Assembly: GCF_001194135.2 (NCBI RefSeq)
Contig: NC_068984.1
Span: 146,383,896-146,447,895, forward strand
Source of the DNA: Octopus bimaculoides
Taxonomy: Eukaryota
DNA length: 64,000 bases
Direction: 5' to 3'
In this document: positions 13,824 through 26,885 of the stretch, piece by piece
How positions within the stretch are numbered: position 1 is the first letter of the stretch
How the letters are laid out: each line of letters starts with the position of its first letter
Position numbers and translations under genes: made by a program
The notes under the pieces: model-generated
Told to the model about the DNA's origin: nothing
The model's database searches: none
The model's input: the letters and a program-made list of their open reading frames with translations, nothing else

Positions 13824-16782
13824 ATCTGTAAACGTGTCAAATTTACCTGTCTTTTACAGGGAACAGATACCAAGCAAAAATTCCTGACAAGTTATCAAAT
13901 GAACTTTTCCCGTTATTCCTTTATGTAATCTGCAGGTAGAAATTGCTTAATTAAAGCTGTATGTCTTTGAGCAATATTTGTTTCTACAATGAAAATTAAT
14001 GGACAGGGTCGAGGCAAGAAATTGGTCGAATGTTTTATCCCAATAGTTTCTATGAGATCACGGGTCATAAGTGTATCCATAAGGTGGTTGTTTGGTGGAG
14101 TCAGTAGAGCATCAAAATACAATGCTTTACAGCAGCCATTCCAACTCATTGTGATCTTGTTTAAAGTCCTACTGAGGTTGACTTTGATTTTCATTCTCTT
14201 AAGATCAAGAAATAAAGAACCAGTCAAGTACTGGAAGCAGTTCTTCTCTCTCTCACAAGAAGGAATCGACAGTGTTCAGACATGGAGAAGAAAGGACTTA
14301 CCTAAATTTCAAAGGTTCAAGATATGCTGTATGTTACCGCAGCATCTCAAAGACTTCACTGGGAGCTGAGAGTCCCACAACCAGCAAATACACCCCTAAA
14401 AGAGTTAATGAGACTATCTAACCACAGCAATAAACGTCTACCCTATTTGATGGAGTATAAGATGTACATTTTTTCCTAAAACAATGCCTCAAACGATCAC
14501 CCAAGGCCCTAAATGTGAAGCTGCTTTAAACGTTCTAATTTTTGCACAAGACCAGCAATTTCGAGGGAAGGGAAGGGAAAATGTCAATGACAATGATCCC
14601 TTTATTTGACTGGTACCTTATCAACCCTCAACAGATGAAAAGCAAAGTTGACCTCAGCTGAATTTGAACTCAAAATCTAATGTGTCAGAAAAGATACTGC
14701 TTAACATTTTGTCAAATGTGCTGATGATAAAGTTGCTTTAAACATTACATGTTTCAACCCTTTAGCATTCAAACCAGCCATATCTGGCCTTTCACACTAA
14801 CCCTACACTACCATTCTACAAGTAAACAAGTCACATTGTAGAAATCTCAAAGCTATGAGGCAATGCACAATTAATTCAAAACAATGGGAATAAATAGAAT
14901 AATCCAAATGTTAAAAGTCTTAATGCAATAAAAGCTTTTTTTCTTTCTTTTCTGAATATGCTCTGCTGAAAATTGAGGTGCATTTAATATGCCTGAACGT
15001 CTTTTATGCTATGAAATACGGTGCTTGTCAAAGATTCTAAAATTAAACTTGTTTATTATTTTGAATGATTCTTTCCGTCTTTGTTATATAACTTCACTCT
15101 TCACACAAACTTACAAGGCTAAAAATATATAATTATGGTGATAAACACTTGAGTTGGCAATACAACAACAAAACCACTTGATAATTAAGGTTACAAACAC
15201 TGAAACAACAACAACAACAACAATAATAATGATAATAATAGAACAGCTGCAATTTATTTATTTGTTTTTTTTTTAGTTACCTTTTATTTTTATTATTTCA
15301 ACTCATTAGAAAAAGGAGACAGTGAAATTGTAAGAATCTCAATTATATGAAGGGTTTCAGCTGACAAAGTTGTTATGGTGCCAGTCTAACAATAAACAAT
15401 AGAAGAAAAAAAACCTAATGGTTGAGTGCAGCAGAAACAGGTGCTCTGCTGTTGTTTGTGGCTAATCTATTTAGCACACAATGGGCCAATCCATTAATTG
15501 TAACTAGGTAGTATGAGGTGGTGAAGTTTACATGTTTAGTAACAAATCAAGGAAATGACACTGCCACAAGGACAGACTAACAGGAGAAGAAGAAGTATAA
15601 TGTACTGAATCAGCCTTCAATATATTACTGGTATCTAGTTTATGGAACCTAGAAAGATAACTGATTAATTTGACTACAACAGGATTTGAAACTAGAACAG
15701 GAATACAGAACAATATATTTGAGACATTTAGTTTGGTGTTCATTATGATGTGGAGTCTGGTTCTACAGTAGATACACCACATCCTGCATGTGGTAAGAGA
15801 CAACTAAAAGATTGGGACAAGACGAGGAACACTGCCCCAGATGTCCTGCCCACCCAACCATGCCAGTATGGAAAAGTGAATGGAAACTGACAAAGATAGA
15901 TTTAATCAAAGTCATTAATATTTATGCACCTCTTTTACTTCACAAAGCACTCAATACACTCTGTAAAGTGATTGGCATTAGAAAGGACACTGAGCCGTAG
16001 GAAACCAGCCAAAGCAGATGTTTGAGTTTGGTGCAGTTCTTTGGCGTTCCAGCTCAAGCCATGGACAGTTTGGAAAATGGATGTTGAAAGAGGATGATGA
16101 AGATGGTACTTTGTTAACCTTTGTTAATTCTAATCCTGCTATGGTCCAAGATGAGGAAATGAGAAACCACTCAAGCGTATCTCTCTTGCACTGTAGCTGC
16201 AGGAGACAAATCTGCCAATGTTGCCCAAACAATGCAAATGATTATGATAAAATCATAATGGTTAAGTCCACCACAAGGTCCAGTTCTTGTTGTGCTGTGA
16301 TAACGTGGCTCAATGACCCTGAGAGCTATGCCAATGAAGCACAAATTCTTTGTAAGGCTTCCCTATGCTAGACAGCTCAAAGGATAGAAGCCAGCCTAAT
16401 AGGGACCACTTTCTTCCCAGAAGTTAAAAGGGAATTGCATATGGCCAGCCTCTCCCCCATCTAGAATAAAAAAATAGAAGCAAAGTTTTGGAAGCCTCAA
16501 TGACACTTCAAAAGCAACAAGGTCTGAGAGAGGAAGGCCTTCCCCTCGGGGGAAACATGACACATCAAGCCCTTCTCACACAGGAATGGAAGAAAGGACA
16601 CCTAAAAACAAATCATTCAGTTAGTTTTGTCAAAGTCTTTTTGTTGCCATTCCTGACCACATCAATAAAAGAGAACCAGTGTGTGTGTGTTCATTATTGG
16701 CATAATGACCCTCCTGAAATACAGCAAAATCTGTTTCAACACAGGAGTTCATATGATGCAAACCAAACACAAAACTGAAATA

Positions 16783-17008
16783 TTAACCTTTTGCCGGTCC
16801 TGTCATATGCAGGACATTTTCCCCTGATGTCTATGCATTTTATATGATACACATTCACAATATTTTTCCAACCTCCAGAGTAACTTGGGACGTATGAAGG
16901 GAAAGATTTATCTTACAATGCAAGAAACCAGACTAAAAAGAAGTCTGAAAATGAGCATGGACATTTACGAGAAACTTATGAAAATGCTTTGGAGAGGCAA
17001 AGGGTTAA
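16783..17008. mobile_element. piggyBac-like MITE
   Basis: TTAA-CCTTTTGCC ... GGCAAAGGG-TTAA: TTAA on both sides and short TIRs. Confidence 0.72.
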
Positions 17009-18748
17009 ATATAAATGTGATTAAGATCTATATATATATATAAATACACAAGGAAGCTCATTTTTATGAGAATAAACAAAATGTATTTTTAACCAATCAT
17101 CTTGAGAGTTAGCAAAAACTTAAAATAATCTTTTTCTTTCTCTCTCTCTCTCTTGAGCATTAAGTAGATGCTAAAATATTTGTGCATGCGAAATAACAAT
17201 TAATTACACACATAGAATAAAGGGTAATGAAATTGCAATAATTTATTTTACTACTGTGACATTCTTCAGTCTTGAAAAGCTATAAAAGTACAGAAAAGTA
17301 CACAGATCTATTATACACTTTATATGGTGTATATAAAGTATATATAAAGGCTATAAACACTCAAATTTAATATATAAATCAGTGATTTTCAAATGTGCAA
17401 ATCTCGTTAATCTCTACAAAAAATATATTAACGAAGTTTTTTGTCCTCTCATCCACTTTATTAATCATCATCATCTTCATCATTTCATGTCCACTTTACC
17501 ATGCTTGCATGGGTCAGACGGAATTTGTTGAGGCAGATTTTCGCCAGTCAGATTCCTTCTCTGTCCACAATCCTCACTTGTTTCCTACCTCTGACTAAAT
17601 CTTTCAAGGCAGTGCCCCAGCATGGCCAAACAAATTGACCACAACACTTATTTTTTGTAAGTCTGGTACTTATTCTATCAGTCTCTTTGGCTGAACTGCT
17701 AAGTTACGGAGATGTAAGCAAACCAACTTGTTAAATGGTGATGGAGAGTGGGGGACAAACACACACACACACACACACACACACATAAACAGGCTTCCAC
17801 ACAGTTTCCATCGATCAAACCCACTCACAAAACTTTGGTCAGTTTCAGGCTATAGTAGAAGATACATGCACAAGGTGCCACACAGTGGGACTGAACATTG
17901 AACTCCGTGGTTGCAAAGAGGGATGTTGCCCTACTTTTGTAAAATATATATCTAACTATAGACCAATTTTTTACACAAAAGATTTAACTACATGGAATAA
18001 GTTTCGAAGGGTATTACACAAATACTGGGCAACTTCCAACATGAAATATATAAAACTATTGACCTACTTTCAACAAAATGACAAGTGACCTACTTTTGAA
18101 GAAATATGACATGACCTACTTTTGGCAAACTATAAGACCCCTAACCTACTTTACCTAAAATTATGACCACCACACACACAGGCGGCGAGCTGGCAGAATC
18201 GTTAGGGGGCCGGGCAAAATGCTGAGCAATATTTCGTCTGTCATTACGTTCTGAGTTCAAATTCTGTCGAGGTTGACTTTGCCTTTCATCTTTTCAGGGT
18301 CATTAAAAATATGTACCAGTTGCGTACTGGGTTCGATCAAATCAACTGATTCCCCTCTCCCCAAAATTTCGGGTATTTGTGCCTAGAGTAGAAAACAATA
18401 TATACAGTAGCAGACAAGTACTGGGGTGGGGGGGTCTAATTGACTAATCCCCCTCCCCCCAAAACTGCTGGCCATGTACCTTAAATTCAAAACAATAATT
18501 ACCATTTTATTTGGCAACAACTGACCTCATTTAGACAACCACAGATTCATTCTGGATACAAAACATATAACCACTTATCTAGCTTCTATCTTTTACTTGT
18601 TTCAGTCATTGCACTGTGGCCATGCTGGGGCACTGCCTCAAGGTTTACTTAAACCAATACCATTACTTCAGTTCTATATTTAAGAGATGAGGAATTATGT
18701 ACATTATTTACATTTGACGGATATTTGTCCTCAATTTGTTTGTTGTTA

Positions 18749-18789
18749 ACACATTTCGGCTGATATACCCTCCAGCCTTCATCAGGTGT
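18749..18789 (-). ncRNA. degenerate minimal hammerhead ribozyme
   Basis: Minus strand reads ACAC-CUGAUGA-A-GGCUG-gagggtatat-CAGCC-GAAA-U-GUGU. Core and stems I/II are intact, but 3 nt (CGU) of stem III and the cleavage site are missing relative to the 30714 copy. Confidence 0.7.
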
Positions 18790-19109
18790 CTTGGGGGAAA
18801 TTTCAAACTTGGGTTCTCATTCCTAAGGTATTTTTCGATATTATTATTATTATTCAGGTTACTGCCTGGAATCGAACTCGGAATCTTGGGGTTATTTAAC
18901 CACTACACCATATGCCCGTGGGATGAAGTTAAAATAATAGACAGAGAACACCACTGGAAAATATGAAAACTAAAAGAAGCATCACATATGCTAGGACACA
19001 ACAACCTCCTAAGCAGACCAAGTGCAGATATGAACAGCATATGGGAACCAGGATTAAGGAAGGAGAGGAAAATATTAGATTTATAAGCCCTAAAATTCAC
19101 TCCATAATT

Positions 19110-19180
19110 GCATATGGCGTAGTGGTTAAGAGCACAGGCTACTAACCCCAAGATTCGGAGTTCAATTCCGGGCAGTGACC
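19110..19180 (+). promoter_or_regulatory. tRNA-like (tRNA-Ser-like) Pol III internal promoter in the PLE terminal module
   Basis: A-box TGGCGTAGTGG at 19115-19125, B-box GTTCAATTCC at 19160-19169, and an anticodon-arm-like GGCTACTAACCCC. There is no complete acceptor stem, so it is not a functional tRNA. Confidence 0.7.
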
Positions 19181-21261
19181 TGAATTATAATAATAAAAAT
19201 ACCTTAGGAATGAGAACCCAGAACAAGATAAAGACAAATATCCATCAAATGTAAATAATGTACATAATGAACCCCATTACTTATTTCCTTAAAGTCTGGT
19301 ACTTATTGAACTGTAAATGGGTCACTCTGTAATGGAATCGCTTTCTGATCAATGAGGAATGCCAGTGGGGTGCTATCATTTATAAACTAAATCATGACCA
19401 GTGATATATTAGTCTGGCTGATCATGTGATCAAGAGTGGTGTATATTTCATCAATATCACAACAATGTAAATAGAAAGGAGACTAGATTTGAACTAGAGG
19501 ACAGAAATAAACAAAATACAGTACCACGTATATAGTCTGTCTCAGTTGCTTCCATAAAGTACCCTTGTACCCTCTCACTCATTTCTGCTACCCCACGGAA
19601 GACATGGTTTTATATTAAATAAGTCTTCTTCATTTGTCAGGTTTGTATTATAAATCTTGTTTCGAGACGGCTTCGTGCAAAAGATGCTTCACAAAATCAC
19701 TGACAAGCAAGAAAAATTCATCAACGACTCAACAAGAAGATCGATATTGTGTTATTAGTGACTCTAATCCTGTGTAATAGGTGACAAGATTACATCAAAT
19801 AAATCCTGTCTTCCACTTAGGATTAAATATCTCTGCTAATAATAAATAATCTCACACACCATACAATAGGGAACAAAATCAATGAGAGGTTATCCCAAAG
19901 AGATGAAGATTAATGCTCTGGTAAGTTGAGCTGCTGAGACACAAATTGATAATGTAATTTTAAGCTTTTATATGACGAGGCTTTTACTCTAATGATGAGA
20001 AAGAACTAACAAGGAGAAATGCATGATGGGAAGGAGAGAGTTAGGATAATGGTTTCATATTTAGAGACAAGGCTAACAGCCTTGAGGAGGAAAAGGTCTT
20101 CTCGTTTACTATTTCAACCCCAGTATTTGACTAGTATTATCTCCCACTCACCCATCACACTCTCGCAAACTTACCTACCCATTCACCCTGTCCACCCCTC
20201 TCTACAGCATCACTTATATTCACCTCCAGTATGCCCTGACACATCTTCATCACCATCTCTGTCTGTCTGTCTGTCTCTCTTTCCCACTCTCTTTTCCAAC
20301 TGGGGCAGCCATGCATCTTTTCTTCTGCATCAAACCTGTTTCTGTCCCTCTTATCATACTCTAACCTCTCATCACCTGGCATAAAGTCACCTCCTTCAAT
20401 ATCCCTCCCACTGTGTAGTAGATGACATTTTCCCCCAAAATGCTGTATGGTGGGACTGAACCTGAAACCACATGGTTGTGAAATGAATGCCTTAACTACA
20501 CGTGTGTGTGTGTGTGTTTGACATCTTGTGTGTTGAACTGGAGAGACAGAAACTGTGTGAAGCCCAGTCAATAACTCAAAAGTTACAGCCTTGTCTCACT
20601 GATGGTGCTTGAGGATTGCATCAACCCTTCAAATGTCCATATCCAGCTCAAATATTGTCTGTCTGTCTGTCTTGTGTTGAAACCAGCCACATCCATTCTC
20701 TCACACCTACCCTACAATGTCACTCCTAGAATAAAGCAATCCTATTATTGAAATCTGAAAGAATTCCAAACAATGTGAATAAATATTCATTACATTTGAC
20801 AAAGCAATAGGAACTCTAGAGGGTTAAGGAGGGTACACTCTGGAATATTCAACCACTTTTTATAGTAATTCAGTGAACTGAGAGTCTGGTTAATTGGGTA
20901 ATTGAATACATATTATTCAAATAGCAACAGGTATTCATTTACTGTCTGTACATCGTTCCACTCTAGTTAACATGAAGTATTTTTTATGCTTCGTTGCAAT
21001 TCACACAAGTCTGAAACCCTAAATATATGTGTTGCGGGGTGGGGGGGGATCTTTTATTGTCTACTTGTCTCAGTCACTAGACTGCAGCCGTTCTAGGGCA
21101 ATGCCTTCAAGAATTTTTAGTCAAATGAACTGACCCCAGTACTTACTTTTTTTAGAGCCTGGTATTGGTCTCCCACTGTTAAGTTACAGGGATGTAAACA
21201 CACCAACACCGGTTGTCAAGTGGTGGTGGGGCACAAATGCAGACACCCACACCCACACACA

Positions 21262-21455
21262 TCTATATAAAGAAGTGCCGATCTCTCAAAGTGGATGGAA
21301 CTCATGGAAGAGGAAGACCCAGGAAGAGACAGGATGAGGTACTGAAGGATGACCTCAGGATGCTGAAGCTTTCAGATAAGTTGACAAAGGACCAAGGTAC
21401 CTGGTACCTTGTTGTACTCAAGAAGACTCGTCTTCCACAAGTGAAGAAGATTGAC
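21262..21455 (+). mobile_element. RTE LINE 3'-end remnant followed by an RTE-tailed SINE-like repeat
   Basis: KKCRSLKVDGTHGRGRPRKRQDEVLKDDLRML.. is the typical RTE terminal GRGRPRK.W...K.D motif. Confidence 0.7.
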
Positions 21456-21635
21456 TTGTAAGAGTCCTGTGCCAGTGAAAAAGAAGCACCCAGCACACAC
21501 TGAAAAGTGGTTGGTGCTAGGAAGGTCAGAAACCAAACCAAAACAGACTGGAACCTGGTGCAGTCGTCTGACTTGCCAGCTCTGGTCAAACCATCCAACC
21601 CATGCCAGCATGGAAAACAGACATTAAAAGGTGAT

Positions 21636-21675
<40 letters not shown>

Positions 21676-24600
21676 NNNNNNNNNNNNNNNNNNNNNNNNN
21701 NNNNNNNNNNNNNNNNNNNNNNNNNNNNNNNNNNNNNNNNNNNNNNNNNNNNNNNNNNNNNNNNNNNNNNNNNNNNNNNNNNNNNNNNNNNNNNNNNNNN
21801 NNNNNNNNNNNNNNNNNNNNNNNNNNNNNNNNNNNNNNNNNNNNNNNNNNNNNNNNNNNNNNNNNNNNNNNNNNNNNNNNNNNNNNNNNNNNNNNNNNNN
21901 NNNNNNNNNNNNNNNNNNNNNNNNNNNNNNNNNNNNNNNNNNNNATTTAAAAAATATTAGCTTTTATTAAAACTAAAAATTTTATTACAAGTTATTACCT
22001 CTATTTGTTGTTACTTGTTACTTCTATTAAAAATCAAAAATAAATCCAAATATTTTTTGCACTTCAAAAAAAAAAAATTAACTTTTGAAATTATTAATTA
22101 ATAATTAGAAATTTGAAAATAGGTTATAAAAAATAATAGTAGTACATATAGCTACATTGGTACGTCTAGCTCTCATTTTTTAAGTATTCTAGTGTGTCAA
22201 TATTTTAACAAAATTATGCTATTTTGTAAATTACAATCAATTTTTAATATTCAAATTTTATCCTTAGCCGCAATATTTTAAGTAAAAATTTTCTTGTTCT
22301 GTACTTTACCAGAAGTAATAACTTGTCCTCTACTTTTCCAGGTTTATAATCTTGAGAATACTATTTCTCTTGCTTGCATTTTTCCATGTAATCCATGTTT
22401 TGTCCAGGCTATAATAATGTGTCAAATATGTCAATTAGGGGAGTCATTGATAATTTTTTCCTTACCTCAGTGATGCTGGTGACATATATTAAAGTCCCCT
22501 TATAGAACTATATTTATAAAAAAAAGTATAGAACTATATTTATAAAAAAAAGTATAGAACTATATTATCACCCTCAAACTTGAGAAACAAACATTCATAA
22601 TTTGTTTTCTTTTAAAACTTCATTGCATGAAAATGATATCATGAAATTCCTTAAATTGAACTCTATCTTTTAAGCTTAATTAAAATGTAGTTTGTTTTTA
22701 AAATAAAAAAGTTAATTATACATAAATCCAATTTTTTGCCTTACTTATATTTTACCTCACAACATTTTTATACAAATTTTTGTTGCATGGGACTAAAACT
22801 ATGAAATTCTTCATGCTTTCTTCTATCATTGAAACTAAGAGAAATATATTTTGCTTTTAAAATAAAAAAAAAGCTATTTAGTTCTAAACTTGATTGGTGG
22901 TGTTGCTTACTCTCCTATAACGTTGCTACACATTTTGATGTAAACTTTTTTTTTACAGGATCAAATCTCAATTTTTTATATCAAAATGTAGCTAGGGACC
23001 AGTTGTCTTCAAAAATGTCAACGGTTTTCAATTTGGTTAAGAACTGAATTAGAGACAAGCCCTGAAAGATGCTGCATGCGAGTAAATTGCAGCCATAAAA
23101 CTATTATTCAACTACGACTGTACTTGAATGATATATATATATATATGTATATATATATACACATGCACACACACACACGTTATACATACACCAGTAGCTT
23201 TTCAATATGGACAAACATTAAAATAATGATGGTGATGTGTATTATACACATACATTAGTACATGTGCATAGAGAGAAAGGGGGTTGTAGTCGTAGTACCA
23301 TCATCATCATCATCATCATCATCATCAGGCATTAAAAACAGACATTGAAATTTTATTTGTTTATTGTTTTTTGTTTTTTGTTTTGGTACATTTGTGTATG
23401 TTTATAGAAAGACAACTTGAACCTATAATGAAGAGAATGGAATTTTTTTACTAATGTTAAGCTCNNNNNNNNNNNNNNNNNNNNNNNNNNNNNNNNNNNN
23501 NNNNNNNNNNNNNNNNNNNNNNNNNNNNNNNNNNNNNNNNNNNNNNNNNNNNNNNNNNNNNNNNNNNNNNNNNNNNNNNNNNNNNNNNNNNNNNNNNNNN
23601 NNNNNNNNNNNNNNNNNNNNNNNNNNNNNNNNNNNNNNNNNNNNNNNNNNNNNNNNNNNNNNNNNNNNNNNNNNNNNNNNNNNNNNNNNNNNNNNNNNNN
23701 NNNNNNNNNNNNNNNNNNNNNNNNNNNNNNNNNNNNNNNNNNNNNNNNNNNNAAATAACTCAGTCAGGTAGCAGGAACTCTGAAAGTCATTCATAGACTT
23801 CAAGACTTGTTATAAACATCAGATTATTAGAAGCCCAAAACAACAGCAGGCTATGATAAAAAAAACACTTGCCACAACAACTGTAACAACAATGGCCACA
23901 TCATCATCATCATCATCATCGTCAACAGTATAAATATCCTTCTCTACTCTAGGCACAAGGCCTGAAATTTTTGGGTGGGGGGAGGGAGCCAGTCGATTCG
24001 TTCGACCCCAGTATGCAACTGGTACTTAATTTATCAGTCTCTTTTGCTGAACCACAAAGTTATGGAGATGTAAACACACCAAAACTGGTTGTCAAGCAGT
24101 GGAGGGGAGGACAAATATAATGGAACTGTGATTATGTATATCAGAAAAAATATGTCAAAACAATTTGTTGGCCTTTTATGGTTTTTATAATTATTTCTGT
24201 TATATAATATTGTTATGTTATATATTATATTCATAGTGTTTAATATAATATTGTAATATAAATAAATTATTGGATTGTCAATAGAATATCTTTATATTTA
24301 ATTTATCTTTATTATTGAATTATACCAATATTTATTTGGTATTCAACTGACGAACCAGTGAATTGATGTTTAACACACCCCTTGGAAGGATTTCTTTTCC
24401 TCAGTTTGTTACTATATATATATATACATATATATACATATACATACAAAGTCAGAGATGCTAAGTCATACAAAATCTCACAAAGGCATTTACAAATTGA
24501 AGAGATGGCCCTCTTTTGTAAAACAATAACGGCAATCACTATATATGTTGCCTACCAAATCCATTTGGTTGTCCTGGGGCTATAGCAGAAGATACTTGCC

Positions 24601-25360
24601 CGAAAGTGCCACACAGTGGGACTAAAACCAGAGATGCAAACATCTCAGCTGACAGCCATGCCTTCACCTGTTATATCAAAATGAAATATTTGAGTGAGTT
24701 GCGATCTCCTGACAACACCTAAGACAAACAATAGCTTTGAAGAACTATTGACTTGGACTGTGATGGCCAATCTATGCCTGCATGGAAACCAAGCATAAAA
24801 TAATAACGAGGATGGTGAAAGAGAAAAACAACCAGAAACAAAACTGAAAACTGGGTCACAGACTTGAATCTGACACCAACCACTTTATATATTATGAAAT
24901 GTTGGAGTAGAGACAGGGACGGCTTTTAGAAGCAATGAAACCAAATGTATTTCTGCTGTTTCATGGACAATGCAAACACTAACAGAGAAACAGTAACCAA
25001 ATCTTGTAAAATGTAAACAGAAATTTTAATATAAATCAATAAATAAATATGATTAAATAAACAAAAAAACATCAGACTTGATCAGGAGTGTAGGTATTAG
25101 TTTTCTAATGACTGGTTACCATGGAAATATTAGATAAAACAGACTTTTATTTGTTATGGAAAGATAAATTTACAGTTATTTTAAGACAAAGATGGTTTAT
25201 ATGAAGTTATCAAAATCATAAGAAATTCAACTCTAAAACAACAAGATTGTGAATTCAAGATTGTGAATTGAATAATTCACAATCTCGGTGAATATTTTCA
25301 GTCAAAACTTATGATGCACAGGCGACTACGAAAACCGAGTCGGCATGGTATGTATATGTG

Positions 25361-25444
<84 letters not shown>

Positions 25445-26283
25445 CATCATCATCATCGTTTAACATCCAGTTTCCATGCTGGCATGGGCTGGACGGTTTG
25501 ACTGAGGTCTGGAGAGCCAGCAGCTGCACCAAGCTCTAATCTGATCTGGATGCCCTTCTTAACGCCAACCACTCCGAGAGTGTAGTGGGTGCTTTTCATG
25601 TGCCACCAGCACAGGAGTCAGTCATAGATTTTCATTTCTTAACATTTACAGGATTTTGGTTTTGATTCTCAGGTTGGGCAGCACATTGTGTCCTTGAATA
25701 AGGCACTTGATGCTGCACCGATTCACTCAGCTGTGAGTGAACATGCAACGGAGAAGAGTCTCATCGGGGCAATCTCAGTCACATGTACAACTGACAGTCA
25801 CCACGGAAACTGTGTGAAGTCGTGAGATAAGTCCGAGGAGTCAAAAGACAATATTGTTCAGAGGATTCTCTTTTCACTTAGTACAGGTCAATGTAGAACA
25901 GGTTGAGAGGCAAACAAAGTTACCGCCAGACAGAAAGAAGAACGGCAGGTTTAACAATATTATTGTTGGGAAAGAAAGCAAGCTTTCCTTTTTAAAGAAA
26001 AGGAAGGTTTTTTATTAACAACTTAACAATACACGTACTTCAATAAAATGTGAAGTGACAGTCTCGAAATAGCTCCATCGTATTGAAGGTGCTTATTAAG
26101 TGACACTGGCAAGAAGTAAGTCATTGGTGGCTGCGAGAATCTCTTGAAGTTTTTAAAGAAAAAAAGGTAATGGCAACTTCATATGAAGATGGTGTGCGTG
26201 AAGTGTTGAGTGCAACAGAAAATCAAGAAGCAACAAGTATAATAAGGAGAATTGGTGACAGAAAGCAATATTGGAAGTGGCTC

Positions 26284-26317
<34 letters not shown>

Positions 26318-26784
26318 CATACAGATGCACATATACATACACACATACATACATACACACATATATATATATACATTTAAACTCGTATATACATATACAT
26401 ACATATATATACATACATGCATATACATATATACATATACATGCATATACATACACACACATATATATATACATTTACACTCATATATACACATACATAC
26501 ATTTACACATTTACATTTGTATACACACACAAACATACGCACACATATACACACACATGCATACATACACACACACACATATACATACATACATATATTT
26601 ATACATACATACAAATATATATATAGATACATACACATACAAATATATACCTACATATATACATACACCTACACCCACGTATATATCATTAACATCATCA
26701 TGTAACGTCCTTGCTTCCAAGCTGGCATCGAAAATATATATCATATATAAACATACAAATATATACACATACACACACAAACAC

Positions 26785-26837
<53 letters not shown>

Positions 26838-26885
26838 NNNNNNNNNNTATATATATATATGTATACACACACACACACCTACGTA
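26284..26885 (+). repeat. compound (GT)/(AT)/(AC)/(ATAC) low-complexity tract
   Basis: Direct reading. It generates the spurious H/I/Y/T-rich ORFs. Confidence 0.95.

Larger units (their letters stand above)
18669..19268 (+). mobile_element. Penelope-like element 3' fragment: inverted terminal arm + GIY-YIG C-terminus + direct terminal arm
   Basis: 18919-19086 translates WDEVKIIDREHHWKI*KLKEASHMLGHNNLLSRPSADMNSIWEP.., which resembles PLE GIY-YIG C-termini. 18669-18922 is the reverse complement of the 19110-19268 module. Confidence 0.8.

Noticed and set aside
13989-14369. 126-aa plus-strand ORF as a stand-alone gene
   Set aside because: No recognisable motif. It overlaps alternative open frames and splice-like signals, so it is kept only as part of a low-confidence island.
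18964-18966. In-frame TGA in the GIY-YIG fragment read as selenocysteine (some PLEs use Sec)
   Set aside because: The position is normally Arg (CGA>TGA CpG decay) and I see no SECIS. The TGA in the CRE fragment likewise replaces a Trp codon.
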